A DNA stretch of 64,000 bases from Clostridia bacterium. Lineage in GTDB: Bacteria > Bacillota > Clostridia > Oscillospirales > CAG-382. Made by a program: the position numbers and the translations under genes. Below the pieces are notes generated by a model. The model did no database searches. It saw only the letters and a program-made list of their open reading frames with translations, and was not told the DNA's origin. The stretch spans positions 29,781-93,780 of the forward strand of contig JAFSNK010000035.1 of assembly GCA_017447445.1 (NCBI GenBank), read 5' to 3'. Positions within the stretch are counted from its first letter, which is position 1. Every line of letters begins with the position of its first letter. Shown here piece by piece: positions 34,656-43,739 of this stretch.

Positions 34656-35093
34656 ATGTTTGAACTTACACCTTTCGTACGCAGGAACCACAGCGCGGCG
34701 GCTTACAGTCCTTTCAGGGACATTGACGAGCTTGAGCGCAGCTTCTTCGGCAGGAACGCGGTCGCCGATTTCAAGACCGATATCACCGAAAACGAAAAGG
34801 AGTATATCCTTGAAGCGGAGCTTCCGGGGTTCAAGAAGGAAGATATCAACATCGATATCGACAACAACTACCTTACCATCTCCGCCGAAAGAAAGTACGA
34901 AAACACCGAAAAGGACAAGAAGGGCAGCGTGATCCGCAGCGAACGCAGCTACGGCTCGTTCTCGCGCAGCTTCGATATCTCCGGCGTGCAGACCGATAAG
35001 ATCGAAGCGGAATACGAAAACGGCGTGCTGAAGCTTACGATGCCGAAGAAAGAGGAGATAGTTCCCAAGACCAGACGGCTTGAGATAAAGTGA
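34656..35093 (+). CDS. Hsp20/alpha-crystallin family small heat-shock protein
   Basis: MFELTPF... with the alpha-crystallin core EYILEAELPGFKKEDINIDIDNNYLTISAE...FSRSFDI...AEYENGVLKLTMPK. GAAGGAGG RBS before the ATG at 34656. Confidence 0.9.
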   Translation: MFELTPFVRRNHSAAAYSPFRDIDELERSFFGRNAVADFKTDITENEKEYILEAELPGFKKEDINIDIDNNYLTISAERKYENTEKDKKGSVIRSERSYGSFSRSFDISGVQTDKIEAEYENGVLKLTMPKKEEIVPKTRRLEIK

Positions 35094-35112
35094 TTTTCGC
35101 AGCATAAGAAAG

Positions 35113-35140
35113 AACCTTCCCCGTGCGGGAAGGTTTTTTC
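35113..35140 (+). terminator. Rho-independent terminator after hsp20
   Basis: AACCTTCCC / GGGAAGGTT stem followed by TTTTTT. Confidence 0.8.
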
Positions 35141-35194
35141 TTGCATTCCGCGTGATTTTGTGTTATTATTTATAAAAACGGAGGAGGGACAGAC

Positions 35195-36676
35195 GTGCCT
35201 AAGGCGGTATTCATTTGCGGAACCGAATATTACGAAGCGGCGTGTCCGGAGGGCACGACGATAGCGGAAGCCGCAGCGCTGGCCGGCGTTCCGGTTTTTC
35301 TGCCCTGCGGAGGAAAAGGAACATGCGGCGGATGCGCGGTTACCGCAAGAGGCGGATTGAGCGCCCCCTCCGCGCGTGAGCTCGAGGCTCTGGGCGATTC
35401 GGCAGTACGCGGTATGCGGCGGCTTGCCTGCAGTGCGGTGATAAACGGCGACTGCACGGTCTGGGTCGGCTCCCGGCGTGTGTTCGTCCCCGCTTCCGCC
35501 GGCGCGCGGATGAAAAGGATCGCGCCTTTGACCGGAAGCAAAAAATGCTTCGCCGCCGCCGTGGATATAGGCACCACGACGGTAGTTATAAAGCTTATTT
35601 CCCTGCCCTCCGGAAAAACGTTAAAGAAAACCGCGTTCCCGAATCCGCAGGCGCGGTTCGGCGCGGACGTCGTTTCGCGGCTGGACGCCTGCATTAACGG
35701 CAGGCAGGGCGAGCTGACCGCGCTTATAAACGGCGCGGTGGAAAAGACTTTTTCGGAATGGGACGCCGAGCCCGAGTTCCGCATTGTTACCGGGAACACG
35801 GCGATGCTGCATATCGCCGCAGGACTGGACGCACGCGGACTTGCAAACCACCCGTTCACGCCGGAAAGTCTTTTCGGCGAATGGATCGGGAACAGGTATT
35901 ATATGCGCTGCGCGGGCGCTTATATCGGCGGCGACGTTACCGCATCCGTGCTTGCCGCGGATATAGGCGGTCTGCCCGCTGTGCTTACGGATATCGGCAC
36001 GAACAACGAAACGGTGCTGTTCGACGGCGAAAAGTTCACCGCCTGCGCTTCGGCGGCGGGGCCGGCTTTCGAGGGGGCGCATATAAGCTGCGGCATGCCG
36101 GCTGTCGGCGGAGCGATCTGCGACGTTGTGATACAAAACGGCAGTACCCGGTTTATTAAAACAGTCAGCGGCGCGGAACCGGAAGGGTTTTGCGGAAGCG
36201 GACTTATAAGCGCGGCGGCGCAGCTTCTGAAAAACGGATTCATTGCGCCCGGCGGAGAGCCTTTGAAGCGTTTCCCCGATTTCGGCGGATTAAAGCTTCT
36301 GCCGCAGGATATAGCCGAGCTTCAGCTTGCAAAATCAGCCGTTATTTCCGGCATCCGCACTCTTTTGCACAACGCCGGAACGGAGGCGTGGCAGATCGGG
36401 CGATACGTCCCGGCGGGCAGCTTCGGTGCGGGGATCGATATCGGAGCCGCGATAAGGATCGGCATGCTGCCCGAACAGTTTGCCGGAGTTGCGGACAAAG
36501 CTTCGGTTTGCGCCTGCGACGGCGCGGAAATGCTTGTGCTGGACGAAGCGTGTTTTGAACGTTCGGTCAGCATCGCGCAGAAAACGGAGGTCACGGAGCT
36601 TGCCGATTCGCAGTTCTTCGCCGACGAGTTCATAAGCAACCTATATTTTCCGTATCAGGATCCGATGAACGGTTAG
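35195..36676 (+). CDS. 2Fe-2S ferredoxin domain fused to an ASKHA (DUF4445) ATPase-like domain (RACo-like, short form)
   Basis: N-terminal CGGKGTCGGC cluster motif, then ASKHA-like VDIGTTT and GNTAM motifs. GTG start after GGAGGAGGG. Confidence 0.7.
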   Translation: MPKAVFICGTEYYEAACPEGTTIAEAAALAGVPVFLPCGGKGTCGGCAVTARGGLSAPSARELEALGDSAVRGMRRLACSAVINGDCTVWVGSRRVFVPASAGARMKRIAPLTGSKKCFAAAVDIGTTTVVIKLISLPSGKTLKKTAFPNPQARFGADVVSRLDACINGRQGELTALINGAVEKTFSEWDAEPEFRIVTGNTAMLHIAAGLDARGLANHPFTPESLFGEWIGNRYYMRCAGAYIGGDVTASVLAADIGGLPAVLTDIGTNNETVLFDGEKFTACASAAGPAFEGAHISCGMPAVGGAICDVVIQNGSTRFIKTVSGAEPEGFCGSGLISAAAQLLKNGFIAPGGEPLKRFPDFGGLKLLPQDIAELQLAKSAVISGIRTLLHNAGTEAWQIGRYVPAGSFGAGIDIGAAIRIGMLPEQFAGVADKASVCACDGAEMLVLDEACFERSVSIAQKTEVTELADSQFFADEFISNLYFPYQDPMNG

Positions 36677-36696
36677 AATGAACAGAATAAGCTTTG

Positions 36697-36730
36697 ATAC
36701 CGCGGGCAAACCCGCGGTATTTTTTATTTT
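36697..36730 (+). terminator. Rho-independent terminator upstream of the spoIIA operon
   Basis: ATACCGCGGG-caaa-CCCGCGGTAT followed by TTTTTTATTTT. Confidence 0.8.
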
Positions 36731-36796
36731 GCCCGCACGGTATGACAAAATCCGCGCAGGGCGAGGTTTATAATGTTCCCGAAAGGACTGGTGAAA

Positions 36797-37117
36797 ATGG
36801 AGATAACCGAAACAAAGAACGGGCGCGAAGTAGTCGCCCGGATAACCGGGGAGATCGACCACCATTCCGCCGGAGTCGCGCGGGAATGGCTCGACGGGAT
36901 GATCGAAAACGAACAGCCGCCGCGGTTCGGTATGGACCTTTCCGGCGTGACGTTCTGCGATTCTTCAGGACTCGGGCTGGTTATGGGCAGGATGCGCAAA
37001 TGCGGCGCGGTGGGCAGCGAGCTGTTTATAGTAAATCCTTCCGCGGAGGCGGAAAAGATCCTGCAGATAGCGGGAATGGACAAATTTCTGAAAATAGAAA
37101 AAGGGGTGAAAGTATGA
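36797..37117 (+). CDS. spoIIAA: Anti-sigma F factor antagonist (STAS domain)
   Basis: MEITETKNGREVVARITGEIDHHS...VTFCDSSGLG (phosphorylatable Ser context). ATGA overlap with the next gene. The ORF also allows a start at 36773. Confidence 0.85.
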   Translation: MEITETKNGREVVARITGEIDHHSAGVAREWLDGMIENEQPPRFGMDLSGVTFCDSSGLGLVMGRMRKCGAVGSELFIVNPSAEAEKILQIAGMDKFLKIEKGVKV

Positions 37118-37557
37118 GAAAACAGACCGAAAAGAACGTTTTTAAGGCGGAGTTCCCGGCGAAGAGTGTGAACGAGCGCTTTGCGCGGAGCATAGTCGCC
37201 TCCTTCGCGGCGCAGGCGGACCCCGCCGTGAGCGTGATCGCCGACGTGAAGACCGCGGTGAGCGAAGCGGTGACGAACTGCATAGTACACGCCTACCGCG
37301 ACAGAAAAGACCGGGCAAAGTGCACGGTCTACATATACTGCTCGCTCGACGCGAAGCGGCGGCTTACGGTTAAGATACGCGACAAGGGCGTGGGGATAGA
37401 GGACGTGCAGAAGGCGATGCAGCCGCTGTATACGACCGACCCGGACGGCGAGAGAAGCGGGATGGGGTTCGCGGTGATGCAAAACCTTTGCGACAGAGTA
37501 AAGGTGAGCTCGCGTCCCGGGAAAGGCACCGTCGTAACGCTTATCCGCGCGATATGA
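37114..37557 (+). CDS. spoIIAB: Anti-sigma F factor (serine kinase)
   Basis: GHKL-type motifs EAVTNCIVHAY, DKGVGI and SGMGF. Translationally coupled on both sides (ATGA overlaps). Confidence 0.85.
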   Translation: MRKQTEKNVFKAEFPAKSVNERFARSIVASFAAQADPAVSVIADVKTAVSEAVTNCIVHAYRDRKDRAKCTVYIYCSLDAKRRLTVKIRDKGVGIEDVQKAMQPLYTTDPDGERSGMGFAVMQNLCDRVKVSSRPGKGTVVTLIRAI

Positions 37558-38261
37558 ACGATTCGTTTTCCGGCAACGCGGAAAAGATCGCGCGGGCGAA
37601 GGCGGGCGACGAAAGCGCGCTTGACGAGCTTATGCGTGAGAACGCCGGGCTGGTGCGGGCGGCGGCAAAGCGTTTTCTTAACCGCGGCGCGGAATTCGAT
37701 GACCTCTGCCAGATCGGCAGCATCGGTATGCTTAAAGCCGTGCGCAGGTTCGAACCGGAGCGCGGAACGCGGTTTTCGACCTACGCGGTGCCGCTGATAA
37801 TCGGCGAGATACGCCGCTTCCTGCGGGACGACGGCAGCGTTAAGGTGGGACGCGAGCTTAAAAGAAGAAGCGGGCTGGTGATGGCGGAGACCGAAAGGTT
37901 CACCGCGGAAAACGGGCGCGAGCCGACGGTTTCGGAGCTTGCGGAAATCTGCGGTCTCACGCGGGAGGAAACGGCGGAATCGATAGGCGCCGCCTCCGCG
38001 CCGATATCGCTTTTCGACACTCTGGGCGAGCTTACGGTGGAAGAAAGGATAGGCGCCGACTTCACGCCGGAGACCGACGAACGGCTTGCGCTGGAGCAGG
38101 CGATGGGCTGTCTGAACGAAGAAGAAAAGCGGATAATCGCGCTGAGATATTACAAAAACCTTACTCAGGCGCAGACGGGAAAGGTGCTCGGCATTTCGCA
38201 GGTGACCGTTTCCCGCCGGGAAAGCGCCGCGCTGGAGAAATTACGAAAGGAGCTGTGCTGA
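37554..38261 (+). CDS. sigF: RNA polymerase sporulation sigma factor SigF
   Basis: Sigma-70 region 2 FSTYAVPLIIGEIRRFLRDDG and a region 4 HTH QAQTGKVLGISQVTVSRRE. Third gene of the spoIIA arrangement. Confidence 0.85.
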   Translation: MNDSFSGNAEKIARAKAGDESALDELMRENAGLVRAAAKRFLNRGAEFDDLCQIGSIGMLKAVRRFEPERGTRFSTYAVPLIIGEIRRFLRDDGSVKVGRELKRRSGLVMAETERFTAENGREPTVSELAEICGLTREETAESIGAASAPISLFDTLGELTVEERIGADFTPETDERLALEQAMGCLNEEEKRIIALRYYKNLTQAQTGKVLGISQVTVSRRESAALEKLRKELC

Positions 38262-38271
38262 ATAGAATACC

Positions 38272-38305
38272 GAAAAACGGCTTGCGCGAGGCGAGCCGTT
38301 TTTCG
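38272..38305. terminator. Bidirectional terminator between sigF and plsY
   Basis: AAACGGCT / AGCCGTTT stem with an A-run on the left and a T-run on the right. Confidence 0.7.
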
Positions 38306-38323
38306 TTGCGTTTTCAGCGGGTA

Positions 38324-39154
38324 TTATTTCTTGCGGGAGGAGTATTTTCCCTTCCTTACCTTCTTCTTTTTGCGTATCTCGGGCACGTATTCGTTCGCTT
38401 TGTCGTTTTCCCTGTCCTCGGCGTCGAGAATATCCTGCGCCTGCGGCTTGCTGCGGAAGCTGAACTTGGATTCCTCGTTGTTGAAGATGCGGAATATGTT
38501 CGAACGGTGCATAAAGATAACGATGAGCCCGACGAACAGCGCGAACAGCATCGAATAGATGCTGGGAGAGTTCCCGGTGCGTATCCGCGCGGCATAGAAG
38601 ACCGCCGCGGGATAGGTTATCGCCGCGATAATGGAAGCGAGCGAAACGTACTGGGTGAACAGCAGCACCACCGCGAACACCACGATGAGCACGAGGAATA
38701 TGACCGGGTCGATTATTAAGATCATAGTCGCCGCGGTGAGCACGCCCTTGCCGCCCTTGAAGCCGTAGTAGACCGGGAAAATATGCCCGATCATACAGAA
38801 CAGCCCCGCGATGTACGCGCCGGTCTGCCCCGCGATGATTATGCCGAGGAAGACCGAAACGACCTGCTTGAGCACGTCGCCGAGCAGGGTGAGCAGCGCG
38901 CCTTTTTTGCCGTAGACGCGGAACATATTCGTGAGCCCGGCGTTTCCGCTGCCGAACTGCCGGATATCCTTGCGGAAAAGCGTTTTTGAAACGATTATGG
39001 CGGAATTGAGCGAGCCGAGCAGGTATCCCGCGGCGGCGGTAAGCACCAGCGCGGAAATGAATATCACGTAATAAGCGGTCTTATCCGTCTGCGATTCAGC
39101 CCAGCGGACCATAAGCCCGAACATCCCGGGGACGATATTATAAAGGTAGTTCAA
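38324..39154 (-). CDS. plsY: Glycerol-3-phosphate acyltransferase PlsY with a Lys-rich C-terminal extension
   Basis: GSGNAGLTN and FKGGKGV motifs. TTG start at 39154, with alternative ATGs at 39124 and 39112. Confidence 0.8.
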   Translation of the reverse strand: MNYLYNIVPGMFGLMVRWAESQTDKTAYYVIFISALVLTAAAGYLLGSLNSAIIVSKTLFRKDIRQFGSGNAGLTNMFRVYGKKGALLTLLGDVLKQVVSVFLGIIIAGQTGAYIAGLFCMIGHIFPVYYGFKGGKGVLTAATMILIIDPVIFLVLIVVFAVVLLFTQYVSLASIIAAITYPAAVFYAARIRTGNSPSIYSMLFALFVGLIVIFMHRSNIFRIFNNEESKFSFRSKPQAQDILDAEDRENDKANEYVPEIRKKKKVRKGKYSSRKK

Positions 39155-39155
39155 A

Positions 39156-40493
39156 TCAAAACTCTCCTTTCGGCTGTTCGCCCTTCTGTTTTATGACGAG
39201 ACGTATGGGCGTTCCCGAAAAATCGAAAGCTTCGCGCAGGCAGTTTTCGATATACCTCTGATAGGAGAAGTGGAACAGCTCCGCGTCGTTGCAGAACAGC
39301 ACGAACGTGGGCGGCTGTATCCCGGTCTGCGTCATATAATAGATCTTCAGTCTGCGCCCCTTGTCCGTCGGCGGCTGCACGCGCGCCGTTGTCTCGGCGA
39401 GGAAATCGTTCAAAAGCCCCGTCGTTACGCGGCGGCGCGAGTTTTCGTAAACGAGGTTTATCATCCCGTAAAGCTTTTCCACGCGCTGCCCGGTGAGCGC
39501 CGAAACGAAGGCGTTGGGGGCGTAGCGCATATAGGTGAGCGCGACTTCGATATCCTTTTTGAACTTCTTAACGGTGGAATCGTCTTTTTCTATGGTATCC
39601 CATTTGTTTATGACTATCACGCTCGCTTTGCCGGCGTTATGCGCGAGCCCGGCGATGCGTTCGTCCTGCGCGGTGATCCCCTGCGCGGCGTCGACCATAA
39701 CGAGGCAGACGTCCGCTTTCTCCACCGCCGCGTTGGCGCGGACGACGGAAAATCTTTCCACCCTGTCTTCGATCTTCGCGCTGCGGCGGATGCCGGCGGT
39801 ATCGACGAATATATATTTGCCGTATTTGTTTTCTATAAGCGTATCCACCGCGTCGCGCGTGGTGCCGGGAACGTCGGAAACGATCACCCGTTCCTCCCCC
39901 GCTATGCGGTTGACTATGGAGCTTTTTCCGGCGTTCGGCTTGCCTATCACGGCGACTCTTATCGCGCCGTCGCCGCCCTGCTCCCTCTCCGCTTCCGGCA
40001 GATGCGCGGCGACCGCGTCGAGAATATCGCCGGTCCCGGTGCCGTGCAGCGAGGAAACGGGGACGACTTCTTCGAACCCGAGCTCGTAAAACTCGTAGAA
40101 CCCGGCGGGAGTTTCGCCGGTGGAATCGACCTTGTTCACGGCGACGACGACCGGCTTGCGGCTTTTTTTGAGCATCGAGGCGATCTCGCGGTCGGCGGCG
40201 GTGACTCCGGCGGGCAGCTCGGTCATAAAAACTATGACGTCGGCGGCTCCGACGGCTATCATCGCCTGATCGCACATCTGTTTGAGTATGGGGGTATCGG
40301 TATCCGGCTCTATGCCGCCGGTATCGATGAACAGCATCTGCCTGCCGTTCCATTCGACGTCGCAGTATATCCTGTCGCGCGTGACGCCGGGAGTGTCCTC
40401 CACTATGGAGATGCGCTCGCCCGCTATTTTATTGAAAAACGTACTTTTGCCGACGTTCGGTCTGCCGACGACGGCGACTGTGCTTTTTGCCAT
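39156..40493 (-). CDS. der: Ribosome-associated GTPase Der/EngA
   Basis: Two G domains (GRPNVGKST, GKPNAGKSS) plus a KH-like C-terminus. Confidence 0.92.
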   Translation of the reverse strand: MAKSTVAVVGRPNVGKSTFFNKIAGERISIVEDTPGVTRDRIYCDVEWNGRQMLFIDTGGIEPDTDTPILKQMCDQAMIAVGAADVIVFMTELPAGVTAADREIASMLKKSRKPVVVAVNKVDSTGETPAGFYEFYELGFEEVVPVSSLHGTGTGDILDAVAAHLPEAEREQGGDGAIRVAVIGKPNAGKSSIVNRIAGEERVIVSDVPGTTRDAVDTLIENKYGKYIFVDTAGIRRSAKIEDRVERFSVVRANAAVEKADVCLVMVDAAQGITAQDERIAGLAHNAGKASVIVINKWDTIEKDDSTVKKFKKDIEVALTYMRYAPNAFVSALTGQRVEKLYGMINLVYENSRRRVTTGLLNDFLAETTARVQPPTDKGRRLKIYYMTQTGIQPPTFVLFCNDAELFHFSYQRYIENCLREAFDFSGTPIRLVIKQKGEQPKGEF

Positions 40494-40495
40494 TT

Positions 40496-41800
40496 TCAGC
40501 CCTTTCGATCGTTTATGAGCGCTTCGCAGAGCGCGTATCCGCCGCGCGGGGTAACGGTTATTTCCACCCCGAGTGAACCGGAGACCTGCGCGAGCGAAAC
40601 GCCGTCAAGGAACAGGTCGCCTTCGGCGCGCAGCATATTTTCGGGTATTAGCAGCGTTTCGCCGAGCGGCTTGCCTTTAAGCTGTTTTATTATATCGCCC
40701 CCGGTGACGAGTCCGCTTACCGTAACGCCGCCGCCGAAGAAATCGTTCCTTACCGCGTAGACGCGCACTTTGAGCCCGGGGAATTTTTCGCTTGCTTTCG
40801 CGGCGAGCGAGGAGATGAATCCGAACGCCGCCTCGCCCGTGGCGATGCTCACTTCCCTATTATACACCCTGTTTTCCGCGTTTTCAAGACGTTCGCAAAA
40901 TTCGTCGCAGTCGCTGCGGATCATACCCACGCCGTTTTCAAGCTGGGGATAGCCCTCGTAGTAATCGTTTTCCGGGATATCCCTGCCGGAGAGCAGGAAG
41001 AATTCGTCCGAGGCGTATATTAACCGCGCTCCGCGTGAGGCGAGATTCTTTTCGCCGTATTTGTTCGCGATATCGAGCACCGCGGAAGCGGAAGCGGCGT
41101 CGAAGGGACGCAGCGGATAAAGCCCTTCGCGGTGGCCGGTAAGCCCGCAGGGTACCATGGCGACGCTTTCCAGATTGGCGAGCGCAGAAAGGTCGGAAAG
41201 CGAGCGTTCGAGCTCCGCGCCGTCGTTTATCCCGCGGCAGAGCACGAGCTGCGCGTTTATCGCGATGCCCGCGTCGTCCAGCTTTTTTATATACGCCAGG
41301 CAATCCCCCGCGAATCGGTTGCGCATCATCATACAGCGCAGTTCGGGGTTCGTGGTGTGCACCGATATATTTATCGGCGAGATACGCATTTTTATTATGC
41401 GGTCGACGTCGCTTTCGCGCAGGTTGGTAAGAGTAACGTAGTTCCCCTGCAGGAAGGAAAGTCGTTCGTCGTCGTCCTTGAAATATACCGTCTCGCGCAT
41501 GCCTTTCGGGTTCTGGTCGATGAAGCAGAACACGCAGTTGTTGCGGCAGCGCTTCTTTTCGTCCATAAGATAAGTCGGGAACTCGAGCCCTATATCGCCG
41601 TACCGCGGCTTTTTTATGGTCGCGGTATACTCTTCGCCGTTCCTTAAAAGCTTAAGCTCTATCCTCGGCTCGCAGAGATAAAAACGGTAGTCGAGTACGT
41701 CGGTTATGCCGTTTCCGTTCACCGAGACGAGCACGTCCCCAGCGAGTATGCCCGCGCGTTCCGCGGGCGAGCCCTTTTCCACGCCGGAAATACCGACCAT
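40496..41800 (-). CDS. PDZ plus DUF512 domain protein (putative Fe-S / radical-SAM-like enzyme commonly upstream of der)
   Basis: N-terminal PDZ (GSPAERAGILAGDVLVSVNG), a CxxxCxFC-like cluster (CRNNCVFCF) and LQGNYVTLTN. Confidence 0.7.
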   Translation of the reverse strand: MVGISGVEKGSPAERAGILAGDVLVSVNGNGITDVLDYRFYLCEPRIELKLLRNGEEYTATIKKPRYGDIGLEFPTYLMDEKKRCRNNCVFCFIDQNPKGMRETVYFKDDDERLSFLQGNYVTLTNLRESDVDRIIKMRISPINISVHTTNPELRCMMMRNRFAGDCLAYIKKLDDAGIAINAQLVLCRGINDGAELERSLSDLSALANLESVAMVPCGLTGHREGLYPLRPFDAASASAVLDIANKYGEKNLASRGARLIYASDEFFLLSGRDIPENDYYEGYPQLENGVGMIRSDCDEFCERLENAENRVYNREVSIATGEAAFGFISSLAAKASEKFPGLKVRVYAVRNDFFGGGVTVSGLVTGGDIIKQLKGKPLGETLLIPENMLRAEGDLFLDGVSLAQVSGSLGVEITVTPRGGYALCEALINDRKG

Positions 41801-41837
41801 TCGCTTTTATCCCTCCTTTTAATCGATCTCCCGAATA

Positions 41838-41880
41838 AAGACAAAAAGCGTGTTGTTGACTGCCGCCAAGCAACACGCTG
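41838..41880 (-). terminator. Rho-independent terminator after rpmF
   Basis: Minus strand: AGCGTGTTG-15 nt-CAACACGCT followed by TTTTTGTCTTT. Confidence 0.7.
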
Positions 41881-41920
41881 TGTTTGTGAGGCAGCCCCGT
41901 GAGATGCGCGGGGCGGTGAT

Positions 41921-42112
41921 TCAGTCCTCTTTTTCCTTGACCTGAAGAACTACTTTTCCGCCGTAGCTTCCGCAGTTCTTGCAAACACGGTGAGAGAGCA
42001 CGTACTCACCGCACTTGGGGCATTTGGTCATTCCGGGGAGCTCGAGCTTCCACACGGAAGACCTTCTCTTATCTCTTCTTGCTTTGGATACCTTTCTCTT
42101 CGGTACAGCCAT
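41921..42112 (-). CDS. rpmF: 50S ribosomal protein L32 (Zn-ribbon form)
   Basis: [17 protein letters not shown]...[18 protein letters not shown]. Confidence 0.92.
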   Translation of the reverse strand: MAVPKRKVSKARRDKRRSSVWKLELPGMTKCPKCGEYVLSHRVCKNCGSYGGKVVLQVKEKED

Positions 42113-42143
42113 CGTCAGGTTCCTCCTTATTTATGATATCTTA

Positions 42144-42647
42144 TTATTTTTTATCAAAGTAATCGAGCAGCTTGTCCCACCTGTGGTCGCGCTCGCTGTG
42201 ATCGCAGCCGCATTCGCCTTCGTTAAGGTCGGCGCCGCATTTGGGGCAAAGCCCTTTGCAGTCCTCGCGGCAAAGGAAGCGCGTGGGCAGTTCCAACACC
42301 AACGTGGTGCGGATAAGCTCTTCGATATCCACCGCGCAGTCGGACATCAGAACGAATTCGTCCTCGTCGGCGGAATCGGCGACTTTATCGGTTATTTTTG
42401 CGCGAAGCGGGACCGGAACGGCGTATTCGAAAACGTTTCCGCACCTGCCGCATACCGCGCGCAGATCCGGTTCCAGAGTCCCCTCCAGCAAAAGCAGGCC
42501 GGAATGGTTCGTAACTTTTCCGTACGCCCTGGCGGCGCCGGAGACCACGTCGGCGGAAACGTCGCCCGCGTCGACGGTGACGTCGAACTCCGCGGAATCG
42601 GCGGATCCTTCGATTAATTTTTTAAGATCAAGCATCCCTGCCGACAC
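42144..42647 (-). CDS. YceD/DUF177 family protein
   Basis: Classic yceD-rpmF pairing and the C-terminal CKGLCPKCGADLNEGECGC motif. Confidence 0.85.
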   Translation of the reverse strand: MSAGMLDLKKLIEGSADSAEFDVTVDAGDVSADVVSGAARAYGKVTNHSGLLLLEGTLEPDLRAVCGRCGNVFEYAVPVPLRAKITDKVADSADEDEFVLMSDCAVDIEELIRTTLVLELPTRFLCREDCKGLCPKCGADLNEGECGCDHSERDHRWDKLLDYFDKK

Positions 42648-42695
42648 ACCTTTTATTGCCGTAATGATTCATATTCGCGTAAAAGCGCACTGTTC

Positions 42696-42724
42696 ATTAT
42701 ACATTTGCGATCCCGATTTGTCAA
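42696..42724 (-). promoter_or_regulatory. sigma-A promoter of yceD-rpmF (TTGACA-17-TATAAT)
   Basis: The minus strand reads TTGACAaatcgggatcgcaaatgTATAAT. Confidence 0.6.
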
Positions 42725-42823
42725 CAGTTTTTTTAATAATCTGAAAAAACATCGCCAAAAGTTGCAATCCGGGTAAAAATATGTTAGTATATATACGTTC
42801 CGCCTGCAGATAATAACCGCGGG

Positions 42824-43018
42824 GTGAATGTTTTGAAAATGATAAAAAGCTTTCTCGCGGCGAACTGCATGATGTGCTGCGCGGTTTCGGCGGCAGCGGG
42901 GTTCGCGGCGGGATTCCTTGCCGGGAAGGCGGTTTACGAAAAATGCGGACCCGCCAAGGCGCTTGCCTGGAAGGCGAAAAAAGCGTTCCGGGCGATAGAA
43001 AACAAGCTGTCCGTATAA
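42824..43018 (+). CDS. Small hypothetical membrane protein (Cys-rich helix)
   Basis: 64-aa ORF (FLAANCMMCCAVSAAAGFAAGFLAG) downstream of TTGCAA-17-TAGTAT (42762-42790). The start codon is ambiguous (GTG 42824, TTG 42833 or ATG 42839). Confidence 0.4.
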   Translation: MNVLKMIKSFLAANCMMCCAVSAAAGFAAGFLAGKAVYEKCGPAKALAWKAKKAFRAIENKLSV

Positions 43019-43064
43019 ACCGTACCCGCGGCGCGCGCCGCGGGGCGCGGACGGGAGGTTACAT

Positions 43065-43739
43065 ATGGGAGCATTGGGAAAACGGCTCGGCGCCGTGCTG
43101 GATATACTTAAAGAAAACGCGCCTTATGCGCTTTTTGCGGACGTGGGCAGCGACCACGCTCATCTCGCCTGCGCGGCAGCGCGGGAAGGGATCGCGAAGC
43201 GCGTTATAGCCGCGGATATAAACGAAAAGCCGCTTGAAAAAGGGCGGGAATACGCGCGGAAAGCCGGCGTTCAAATCGAATTCGCGCTTTCGGACGGATT
43301 CTCGGCGATAGACGGCGAGCCGGTCGACGCCGCCGCGATATGCGGTATGGGCGGCGAGCTTACGGCGGACATACTCGCACGGAGCGAGGCGGCGAAAAAA
43401 TGCCTGCTCGTGCTGCAGCCGATGACCGCGCAGGACGACCTGCGGCGGTTTCTTTACGAAAACGGGTACGAAATAACCGGGGAACGCTTTGTCTGCGAGG
43501 CGAAGAAGCCCTACGCGGTCATTACCGCGCGCTATACCGGGAAAAACACCGCCTACACTTATTCCGACCTGTTCCTGGGGCGGGTACGCCCGCGCGGACC
43601 GGAATACGCCGAATACGTGAAAAAGGTGCTTTCCGCCGCAAAAAAGCGCCTTATCGGCGCCCCCCGCGACTTGGATATAACGCGTTTGATAGAAGACTGT
43701 CAGACGCAGATAACGAACTTGTCCGGTATGAACTTCTGA
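43065..43739 (+). CDS. trmK: tRNA (adenine22-N1)-methyltransferase TrmK
   Basis: DVGSDHAHLA and CGMGGELTADIL motifs. GGGAGG RBS. Confidence 0.8.
   Translation: MGALGKRLGAVLDILKENAPYALFADVGSDHAHLACAAAREGIAKRVIAADINEKPLEKGREYARKAGVQIEFALSDGFSAIDGEPVDAAAICGMGGELTADILARSEAAKKCLLVLQPMTAQDDLRRFLYENGYEITGERFVCEAKKPYAVITARYTGKNTAYTYSDLFLGRVRPRGPEYAEYVKKVLSAAKKRLIGAPRDLDITRLIEDCQTQITNLSGMNF

Noticed and set aside
34548-35105. 185-aa minus-strand ORF
   Set aside because: Antisense to the hsp20 gene, which has a clear alpha-crystallin domain, RBS and terminator.
36731-36796. Sigma-H / Spo0A-box promoter for spoIIA
   Set aside because: Only weak partial matches (TGACAAA; AGG...GAA). I cannot support a specific call by eye.
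43700-43739. 40-nt convergent overlap of the trmK and ycxB-like 3' ends as a possible antisense regulatory device
   Set aside because: Such overlaps are common in compact genomes, and no additional structure was seen.
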